DNA from: a bacterium
GTDB lineage: Bacteria > Bacillota_I > Bacilli_A > RFN20 > CAG-449
NCBI GenBank assembly: GCA_963623095.1
Contig: CAVFKD010000003.1
Coordinates: 2,740 to 65,960 of the forward strand
Length of the DNA: 63,221 nt
Direction of reading: 5' to 3'
This document shows, piece by piece, positions 10,273-17,096 of this stretch (position 1 is the stretch's first letter; the number at the start of each line of letters is the position of its first letter). Position numbers and translations under genes: made by a program. The notes beneath the pieces are model-generated. The model made no database searches. It was not told the origin of the DNA and worked only from the letters and a program-made list of their open reading frames with translations.

Positions 10273-11475
10273 TTAACGAATTAATCGAATAATTGAAAAT
10301 GGTTCAATTTTCTTTTCGACTTTTATTTTAATAATTTGATTACCGATTGTCGCAACAGAAGTTGGAACAACAAATTGATGTAAAACATTTTCTTGCCACA
10401 TTTCATCAATAGTGATTTGATAATCTTCTTCATTTGGAGAATGAACTAAATATGAATGATTTAATTCTAATTTATTATGGATTTCAACATAGGCATATGA
10501 ATCATCGCTATCACGTACTAAAGCGACATAATCACCGATTTTAATTAATCTTTCATCAAGATTATATAACATTTGTTCAGTAGTGACATTGCCTAATAAG
10601 AAACCAGTAGAAGTGAGTCTATTTTCACATTTATAGATATCATCATGATATTTATCAAAATTTAATTCCTTTTTTGCGTAATAATCATCAATAGCTTGTC
10701 GATATGCTTTAACAACACAAGCAATATAATTAGATGCTTTTCTTCTGCCTTCAATTTTTAATGAATCTAGACCATATTCAATTAATTCAGGAATATGATC
10801 GATCGCACATAAATCTTTTGATGACATTTTAAAATATTCATCACCTTCGGTTATAAGTTTATCGTTTTGATAAAGATTATACTTCCAACGGCATGAATAT
10901 GCGCATCCACCTCTATTGGCATCACGGTTACACATGACATTAGATAACATGCATTTACCGGAATAAGAAGAACACATTCCTCCGTGAATAAAACCTTCTA
11001 CTTCACATTTTTTATCTTTACAGATTTCTTTAATATCTTCTAAAGAGCATTCTCTTCCTAATACAACTCTTGAAGCACCTTGTGAAATAAAAAAGTCGAT
11101 TGCTTTTTTATTCATAATGGATTGTTGAGTAGAGATATGACATTCTAAGGAAGTATATTTTTTCGCTAGACGGACCATATATAAAGAAGAAGTGATAATT
11201 GCATCAACTCCTATATTATCTAATGCGATTAAATATTCTTTTAATTCTTTAATATCATTATTATGCATAACAATATTACAAGTGACATGAATCTTTTTAC
11301 CTAACTTATGAGCGAATTCAACCCCTTCTTTTATTTCTTCTAAAGTGAAGTTACTAGCTTTCGATCTTAAAGAAAAATCTCTTCCTCCAATAAAGCAAGC
11401 ATCCGCGCCATAAATTAAGGCAACTTTTAATTTTTCTAAATCTCCCGCGGGAGCAAGTAATTCTATTTTTTTCAT
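10273..11475 (-). CDS. peptidase U32 family protein (YrrO/TrhP-like, tRNA ho5U-associated)
   Basis: U32 signature EGFIHGGMCSSYSGKC, 400 aa. Paired with a second U32 gene as in B. subtilis yrrN-yrrO. Confidence 0.85.
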   Translation of the reverse strand: MKKIELLAPAGDLEKLKVALIYGADACFIGGRDFSLRSKASNFTLEEIKEGVEFAHKLGKKIHVTCNIVMHNNDIKELKEYLIALDNIGVDAIITSSLYMVRLAKKYTSLECHISTQQSIMNKKAIDFFISQGASRVVLGRECSLEDIKEICKDKKCEVEGFIHGGMCSSYSGKCMLSNVMCNRDANRGGCAYSCRWKYNLYQNDKLITEGDEYFKMSSKDLCAIDHIPELIEYGLDSLKIEGRRKASNYIACVVKAYRQAIDDYYAKKELNFDKYHDDIYKCENRLTSTGFLLGNVTTEQMLYNLDERLIKIGDYVALVRDSDDSYAYVEIHNKLELNHSYLVHSPNEEDYQITIDEMWQENVLHQFVVPTSVATIGNQIIKIKVEKKIEPFSIIRLIR

Positions 11476-12344
11476 TATTCAAACTCCTTTGGATTATAAA
11501 CTGAATCTTCATACATAAAATTATTATTTTCAGGAATATTTAAAGTTTTAATTTGTTCTAATCCTTGTTCTTTAGTGATGCTTTTATTAATTACATCATA
11601 ATAAGAAGAGATAACTAAATTAAATTGTTCTTCTTGAAGGAATATTCCATCGATAAATAAATATTTAACGTCTTTTAATAATTCAATTTCTTTTAAAACA
11701 TTAATAACACCATTTCTAAAAACAACAGTGCCATAATCATTTTCAATAATAGGGCAACGATCGTTAGTTCTAGTAGCTTCTTGTAAATATAAATCTTTAT
11801 TTTCAAATTTTAAACCTGAATATTCTTTATATAATGAAACAATATGACGATAAGTTTGATACATTGGATGATAACCAAAACCAAGATAGAAAACATTATT
11901 TGATTTAGTTGATATTAAAGAAACATCCTTTAATGGTATTTCATTGCTAACACCAATCGCGTTTAAACCTTCATCGTAACAAAGTAAGTCCATATAATTG
12001 GTAATCATAGTTAAAGGATTATAAATACCTTTATCGAGATAAGATTTTTCTTTTAAAAGTTGTAATATACCTAAATCTTGAAAGATAATATACGCATCTA
12101 ATTTAATTAAAGAATCAATAAAAGATGAAATATTATTAGTATTATCTACATGCATAATTTTATTGACTAAAACAAATACTTTTTTATGATCAGCATTAGC
12201 TTTTTTAACAATAGAAGAGATTTCTTCTAATGAAAAATAATTATCTGCATAAAAAGAATATTGGCATCCTAAAACAATGCCATCAACTTTATTTTTTATA
12301 TTTTCGTATTGATTAATATTTTTAATTGAACTAATAATTTCCAT
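11475..12344 (-). CDS. peptidase U32 family protein (YrrN-like)
   Basis: 289 aa that overlaps its downstream U32 partner by 1 nt. The TIM-barrel-like N-terminus resembles U32 proteins. The call rests partly on synteny. Confidence 0.7.
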   Translation of the reverse strand: MEIISSIKNINQYENIKNKVDGIVLGCQYSFYADNYFSLEEISSIVKKANADHKKVFVLVNKIMHVDNTNNISSFIDSLIKLDAYIIFQDLGILQLLKEKSYLDKGIYNPLTMITNYMDLLCYDEGLNAIGVSNEIPLKDVSLISTKSNNVFYLGFGYHPMYQTYRHIVSLYKEYSGLKFENKDLYLQEATRTNDRCPIIENDYGTVVFRNGVINVLKEIELLKDVKYLFIDGIFLQEEQFNLVISSYYDVINKSITKEQGLEQIKTLNIPENNNFMYEDSVYNPKEFE

Positions 12345-13017
12345 CTTTAATCACTTTCATATCCTTTATCATAATTGGCTTAGTTATTTCTAAACCAAGA
12401 TTACCTCCTTTTGTGGCTTTAATTAAAACTACATTAGAGTTTTTCTTATTGACATTATATACAGGAGTAATCAATTTTATTTTTAATTTGTATTTGCTAA
12501 ACACATCGATTAATTCTTGTAATCTAGAAGATTGGTATAAGAAATATAACTTACCTTGATCTTTTAAATTCTTTGAAATGGTATTTATTAATCCATCTAA
12601 AGGTAAAGAATCTTCGTGTTTTGCGAGCTTTAAATTAGTGTTTGATAAATCACAATCTTTGGTAACTTTGAAATAGGGAGGATTACAAACAATAACATCA
12701 ACTGGTGTATTTCTATAATTAAGCGCGTCTACATTGATAAGCTCATAATTAGTTATATTATTTAACTCCATATTTTTTTTCGCGAGATTTAATGCTTCTT
12801 TATTAATATCAATCCCAATCATCTTTTTAGGATTAAATCTTGAAGCATATAAAAGCAAACTACCATTATTTGTTCCAATATCAAGAATGGTTTCTAATCT
12901 TTTAACTTCTAAAAATTCTCCAAGTACCATTGTATCTGTGTTGATACAAATCATATTTTTATCTTGGTAGAGTTTTATATGTTCATAATTTGGTAAATAA
13001 TCTAATGTAGTCGCCAT
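12331..13017 (-). CDS. SAM-dependent methyltransferase, tRNA (adenine37-N6)-methyltransferase-like (YfiC/TrmN6 type)
   Basis: SAM motif ILDIGTNNGSL and catalytic VIVCNPPYF (NPPY). Overlaps the next gene by 14 nt. Confidence 0.78.
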   Translation of the reverse strand: MATTLDYLPNYEHIKLYQDKNMICINTDTMVLGEFLEVKRLETILDIGTNNGSLLLYASRFNPKKMIGIDINKEALNLAKKNMELNNITNYELINVDALNYRNTPVDVIVCNPPYFKVTKDCDLSNTNLKLAKHEDSLPLDGLINTISKNLKDQGKLYFLYQSSRLQELIDVFSKYKLKIKLITPVYNVNKKNSNVVLIKATKGGNLGLEITKPIMIKDMKVIKDGNY

Positions 13018-13072
13018 AAAACACCTCGGAGATATTTTGCCACATTTAGTAATAAAAAACTACATAAATAAC

Positions 13073-13108
13073 AAAAAAGGGTAGGTTATCTATAAGATAA
13101 CCTGACCC
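13073..13108 (-). terminator. rho-independent terminator of clpB
   Basis: Stem AGGTTATC/GATAACCT (13083-13090 / 13096-13103) extended by GG/CC. A T6 run follows on the minus strand (A-run 13073-13078 on plus). Confidence 0.75.
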
Positions 13109-13110
13109 AA

Positions 13111-15672
13111 TTAGTTATTTTTGAATGTGAAGTTATTATTTTCAAAATCGATGTAGACTTTGGATTTTTCTTTAATTGTACCTTTAATTATTTCTCGAGC
13201 AAGAGGAGTTTCAATTTCTCTTTGGATATAACGTTTTAATGGTCTAGCACCATATATTTTATCAAATCCTTGAGAGATGATTTCATCAGTTGCTTTGTCA
13301 GATAAAGTAACAGTGATTTGAAGTTTTTCAAGACGGTTTTCAAGTTCTTTAATAAACTTGTTAACAATCTTTTTAACAACTGAATCATCAAGAGAATTAA
13401 AGTAAATAATTTCATCAATTCTATTTAAGAATTCTGGTTTGAATCTAGATTTTAATTCATTCGCGACTGCATCTTGATTTTCTTTAGTATTACCATTTAA
13501 GAGGTATTCACTACCAATGTTACTTGTCATGATGAGAATAGTGTTTTTAAAATCAACAACTCGACCTTGAGAATCGGTCAATCTACCATCATCAAGAACT
13601 TGTAATAAGATATTAAAGACATCTGGATGAGCTTTTTCAATTTCATCTAATAAGACGATTGAATAAGGCTTTCTTCTAACCGCTTCAGTTAATTGGCCAC
13701 CTTCTTCATAGCCGACATATCCTGGAGGGGCTCCAAGTAATCTAGATACGGAGAATTTTTCCATGTATTCTGACATATCGATACGAATAATTTGTGCTTC
13801 AGAATCAAATAAGTTACTCGCAAGAGCTTTAGCGATTTCAGTTTTACCAACACCAGTAGGACCTAAGAAAAGGAAACTACCAATAGGTTTATTTTCATCG
13901 TTAATTCCTGCACGATTTCTAATAATTGCATCACTGACTTTAGTAATTGCATCATCTTGACCAATGACTCTTTCTTTTAATTTATCTGCGAGAGTTAAGA
14001 TCTTTTGTGATTCAGATTGCTTTAACTTAGTGACTGGAATATTAGTCCATTTAGAGATGACTTTTGCGATGTTATCTTCATTGACAACTTCATCAAGCAT
14101 CTTTTCTTCATTACCTTCATTAGTTTGTGCATCTTTAATTTGCTTTTCTAAAGATGGGATAACGCTATATTGGATTCTACTTGCTTCTTGATAATCTGCG
14201 TTTTGCATTGCTTTTTCTAAATCTAATTTAGCTTGTTCTAATTTAGCTTTAGTATCTTTAGAAGAAGATAACTTTTGCTTTTCTAATTGCCATTTTGCAT
14301 TGAATTTAGCTTGTTCTTCTTTTAAATTTGCGATTTCTTTATCCATTTCTTCAAGACGTTTTTTAGCTTCATCTGAATCTTCTTTTTGAATAGAGACTCT
14401 TTCAATTTCAAGTTGCATTAACTTACGATTGATTTCATCTAATTCAGTTGGAAGAGAATCAATTTGCATTCTTACTTCTGAACAAGCTTCATCAACTAAG
14501 TCAATTGCCTTATCAGGTAAGAATCTATCAGAAATATATCTATTTGATAAAGTTGCGGCAGCGACTAATGCAGAGTCAAGAATTTGAACACCATGATAAG
14601 ATTCATATCTTTCTTTTAATCCTCTTAAAATAGAGATAGTATCTTCAACAGTTGGTTCATCAACTAAGACTTTTTGCATTCTTCTTTCAAATGCAGCATC
14701 TTTTTCAATATATTTACGATATTCATCTAATGTAGTCGCGCCAATACAATGTAGTTCGCCTCTTGCCAACATTGGTTTTAATAAGTTCGCTGCATCCATC
14801 GCGCCATCTGTTTTACCTGCGCCAATAAGAGTGTGAATTTCATCAATAAAGAGAATGATTTTACCTTCTGATTTAGTGATTTCATTTAAGACTGCTTTTA
14901 AACGATCTTCAAATTCGCCACGATATTTAGCTCCAGCGATTAATGCGCCTAAATCAAGTTCGAAAATAGTTTTATCTTTTAATGTGAAAGGAACATCACC
15001 TTTGAATATACGCCATGCTAATCCTTCAACTACCGCGGTTTTACCAACACCAGGTTCACCAATTAAAACTGGGTTATTTTTAGTTTTACGGCAGAGAATT
15101 TGCATAACTCTTCTAATTTGTTCATCTCGACCAATAATAGGATCAATCTTACCTCTTGCGACATCGTCGGTTAAATTACGACCATATTTCTTTAATACTT
15201 CGTATTTTTCTTCTGGGTTTTGATCTTCGACTTTAGAATTACCACGTAATTCCTTAATCGCAGTTTCTACCTTCTTTTTAGTGAAGTTAGGAATTGATAA
15301 TAGTTTATTAACAATGGAATGTTTTGAATCAAAAATAGCTAAGATTAAATGTTCAACAGAGATGAATTTATCTCCATAAGCTTTACGATAATTATCTGCG
15401 TTATGTAACATGTTATTAAAGTCAGTTGAAATATAGATATTATCTACATTTTGTGACTTTGCTTTTGACTTTATAAATCCATCAACTGTATCTTTGAATA
15501 AATCAACTGGAGCTTGAATCTTGCCCAAAATGTTTTTAAGCATAGAATCATTGTCATCAAGCATCGCTTTAATAACGTGAGGTACATCTACTTCACAAGA
15601 AAAATTATCTTTTGCGATTTCACTAGAACTATTAATGATTTTAATTACTTTTTCTGTATAATTGTTTTCCAT
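13111..15672 (-). CDS. clpB: ATP-dependent chaperone ClpB
   Basis: Two AAA+ modules ([18 protein letters not shown]) separated by a long coiled-coil middle domain. I prefer ATG 15672 ([16 protein letters not shown] 8 nt upstream) over the track GTG 15699, which lies inside the CIRCE operator. Confidence 0.95.
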   Translation of the reverse strand: MENNYTEKVIKIINSSSEIAKDNFSCEVDVPHVIKAMLDDNDSMLKNILGKIQAPVDLFKDTVDGFIKSKAKSQNVDNIYISTDFNNMLHNADNYRKAYGDKFISVEHLILAIFDSKHSIVNKLLSIPNFTKKKVETAIKELRGNSKVEDQNPEEKYEVLKKYGRNLTDDVARGKIDPIIGRDEQIRRVMQILCRKTKNNPVLIGEPGVGKTAVVEGLAWRIFKGDVPFTLKDKTIFELDLGALIAGAKYRGEFEDRLKAVLNEITKSEGKIILFIDEIHTLIGAGKTDGAMDAANLLKPMLARGELHCIGATTLDEYRKYIEKDAAFERRMQKVLVDEPTVEDTISILRGLKERYESYHGVQILDSALVAAATLSNRYISDRFLPDKAIDLVDEACSEVRMQIDSLPTELDEINRKLMQLEIERVSIQKEDSDEAKKRLEEMDKEIANLKEEQAKFNAKWQLEKQKLSSSKDTKAKLEQAKLDLEKAMQNADYQEASRIQYSVIPSLEKQIKDAQTNEGNEEKMLDEVVNEDNIAKVISKWTNIPVTKLKQSESQKILTLADKLKERVIGQDDAITKVSDAIIRNRAGINDENKPIGSFLFLGPTGVGKTEIAKALASNLFDSEAQIIRIDMSEYMEKFSVSRLLGAPPGYVGYEEGGQLTEAVRRKPYSIVLLDEIEKAHPDVFNILLQVLDDGRLTDSQGRVVDFKNTILIMTSNIGSEYLLNGNTKENQDAVANELKSRFKPEFLNRIDEIIYFNSLDDSVVKKIVNKFIKELENRLEKLQITVTLSDKATDEIISQGFDKIYGARPLKRYIQREIETPLAREIIKGTIKEKSKVYIDFENNNFTFKNN

Positions 15673-15688
15673 AAATTTTACCTCCTTT

Positions 15689-15715
15689 TTAGCACTCACA
15701 ACCTTTGAATGCTAA
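15689..15715 (-). promoter_or_regulatory. CIRCE operator (HrcA site), proximal
   Basis: The plus strand reads TTAGCACTC-N9-GAATGCTAA against consensus TTAGCACTC-N9-GAGTGCTAA (1 mismatch). It sits between a TATAAT box (15715-15720, minus strand) and the clpB RBS. Confidence 0.8.
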
Positions 15716-15734
15716 TTATAGTCTAACACTAATT

Positions 15735-15761
15735 TTAGCAATGTCAATAAAAGAGTGCTAA
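15735..15761 (-). promoter_or_regulatory. CIRCE-like operator, distal
   Basis: TTAGCAATG-N9-GAGTGCTAA: one half is perfect and the other has 2 mismatches. It overlaps a TTGACA hexamer on the minus strand. Confidence 0.6.
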
Positions 15762-15794
15762 AAAATAAAAATAATTTAAAATTTAATTTTTTGT

Positions 15795-15841
15795 AAATAA
15801 AAAGCTAATGAAGAGGTAAGCAAGTTTCCTTCATTAGCTTT
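15795..15841 (-). terminator. rho-independent terminator (minus-strand transcript upstream of the clpB promoter)
   Basis: Perfect 13-bp stem AAAGCTAATGAAG (15801-15813) / CTTCATTAGCTTT (15829-15841) with a 15-nt loop. A T-rich run follows on the minus strand. Confidence 0.7.
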
Positions 15842-15862
15842 AATCAATTTTATTTTAATAAG

Positions 15863-16051
15863 TTATTTTTTCTTGTTTTCAATTATTGAGAATGTTAGCG
15901 CTAAAACAAGAGAGATAGCAAATAGAATAATACTAAAAGTAATGTTTAATGTTCCATTTGTTGTATTAATACTTTGTGCTATAAAACTTAATCCTAAAAG
16001 GATAATTGAACTTGTCGAGATAAAAGCAAATATATTTGATAATTTTATAAT
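15863..16051 (-). CDS. possible small 2-TM membrane protein (about 62 aa) with non-canonical ATT start
   Basis: Own translation: (I)IKLSNIFAFISTSSIILLGLSFIAQSINTTNGTLNITFSIILFAISLVLALTFSIIENKKK*. An SD AGGAG (16063-16059) lies 7 nt before ATT 16051, and the frame has no ATG/GTG/TTG. The terminator at 15795-15841 follows. Confidence 0.3.
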   Translation of the reverse strand: MIKLSNIFAFISTSSIILLGLSFIAQSINTTNGTLNITFSIILFAISLVLALTFSIIENKKK

Positions 16052-16249
16052 AATTAATCTCCTAAATAAAATTATATATTTTTACATTAGATGTGTATGT
16101 ATAACCATCATTCCACCACCATAAGAATTGATAGGCACTAATAAATTCAACACTATAATTTAATATAAATGCATCTCAAAAACTATAATTAAACAGCATA
16201 GATAATGTTATTATTGATTCTTCTAACATGCAACTGTCTTATCGTCATC

Positions 16250-16777
16250 TTATGCATCTTGATTAACACCTAATAATTTAGGTAACCAAGTTTTAGTCGC
16301 ATAATATAGAGGAATTCCTACTCCGTATACTGCGATAGCTTCTCCACCTGCGACAATACCAAATTCGATCCAATACATTCCCCAATTTAATTCATCTGGT
16401 AAAGATAAAATTAATACAATAGGAACTAATATTGCATTTAATAAGACAAGTCCGATTCCGTATAGAGGTAATCTGAAATAGTCTTTTTTGAATAATTTTC
16501 CAATTAGGAAAATAAATGAAGTACCAAGTAATGTTGCCACAGTACCCATTGTTGCATCTAATATTCCAAACCCAAATGCGAGGTTATAAATGAAACATCC
16601 AATTGATGTTCCTAAAATGACTTCTGGAACGAAAAATGCTAGAATGCAAAATCCTTCCGCGAGTCTGACATTTGCCATATACCCACTTGCTAAATTACCT
16701 TCTACTAAGCATAAAACAAAGTAGAGTGCAGCAATTGAGGCAGCAAAGGTCATTCTTTTAACTATTGTTCTTTTCAT
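16250..16777 (-). CDS. queT: queuosine precursor transporter QueT (ECF S-component, COG4708)
   Basis: 175-aa polytopic membrane protein whose N-terminus MKRTIVKRMTFAASIAALYFVL and overall pattern resemble QueT. A preQ1-type leader lies upstream. Confidence 0.8.
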   Translation of the reverse strand: MKRTIVKRMTFAASIAALYFVLCLVEGNLASGYMANVRLAEGFCILAFFVPEVILGTSIGCFIYNLAFGFGILDATMGTVATLLGTSFIFLIGKLFKKDYFRLPLYGIGLVLLNAILVPIVLILSLPDELNWGMYWIEFGIVAGGEAIAVYGVGIPLYYATKTWLPKLLGVNQDA

Positions 16778-16880
16778 AAAAAAATCTCCTATGCACCAAA
16801 ATTACAAAACACAGGAGATATAAAATATCTAATTTAAGTCCGAGTTTTGTTTAAAGGAAGGATGGTTCATGAACTCCCTG
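16778..16880 (-). promoter_or_regulatory. preQ1-I-like riboswitch with terminator / SD-sequestering hairpin
   Basis: The minus strand at 16878-16840 reads GGGAG-UUCAUGAACCAUC-CUUCC-UUUAAACAAAACUCGG: a 5-bp P1, a loop starting UUC, and an A-rich ACAAAAC tail, as in the Bsu and Tte preQ1-I aptamers. It is followed by a 10-bp hairpin AUCUCCUGUG/CAUAGGAGAU (16821-16784) that contains the SD, then U7 and the AUG. Confidence 0.6.
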
Positions 16881-16898
16881 GTCAAAATGACCTTTATA

Positions 16899-16927
16899 AA
16901 TATAATAGGATATTTAATAGATTTCAA
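16899..16927 (-). promoter_or_regulatory. sigma-A-type promoter of the queT leader
   Basis: Minus strand TTGAAA (16927-16922), 17-nt spacer, TATATT (16904-16899). Confidence 0.5.
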
Positions 16928-16942
16928 CTTAAAATTTTATTA

Positions 16943-16971
16943 TTGTAAATATTTATAAGATTTTATAAAAT
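16943..16971 (+). promoter_or_regulatory. candidate promoter of tRNA-Thr
   Basis: TTGTAA (16943-16948), 17-nt spacer, TAAAAT (16966-16971), 9 nt before the tRNA 5' end. Confidence 0.4.
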
Positions 16972-16980
16972 AGTGATGTT

Positions 16981-17056
16981 GCCGAAATAGCTTAGTTGGT
17001 AGAGCAACGCACTCGTAACGCGTAGGTCGTAAGTTCAAGTCTTATTTTCGGCACCA
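16981..17056 (+). tRNA. tRNA-Thr (anticodon CGU), CCA encoded
   Basis: Hand-folded cloverleaf: acceptor GCCGAAA/TTTCGGC, D arm GCTT-AGTTGGTA-GAGC, anticodon loop CTCGTAA, T arm GTAAG-TTCAAGT-CTTAT, discriminator A plus CCA. Confidence 0.92.
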
Positions 17057-17066
17057 CTTGAAATTA

Positions 17067-17096
17067 AAAACATGGTCACTGACCATGTTTTCTTTT
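17067..17096. terminator. bidirectional rho-independent terminator
   Basis: 11-bp stem AAAACATGGTC / GACCATGTTTT with a 3-nt loop and a T-run after it. It lies between tRNA-Thr and the convergent GGDEF/EAL gene. Confidence 0.8.

Noticed and set aside
13236-15708. Six ORF-track entries inside clpB that are not the clpB frame: five on the opposite (+) strand (13763-13960, 13964-14191, 14448-14633, 14855-15223, 15514-15708) and one same-strand, out-of-frame ORF (13236-13418, -).
   Set aside because: All lie within the unambiguous ClpB coding frame. They have low-complexity, Leu/Ser/Ile-rich translations and no RBS. They are typical shadow ORFs of an AT-rich gene.
15873-16124. Plus-strand 83-aa ORF in the clpB-queT intergenic region
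   Set aside because: It has a TTG start without an RBS, an odd composition, and it runs antisense to a better-supported SD-preceded membrane ORF and through that ORF's SD. It is probably a shadow frame.
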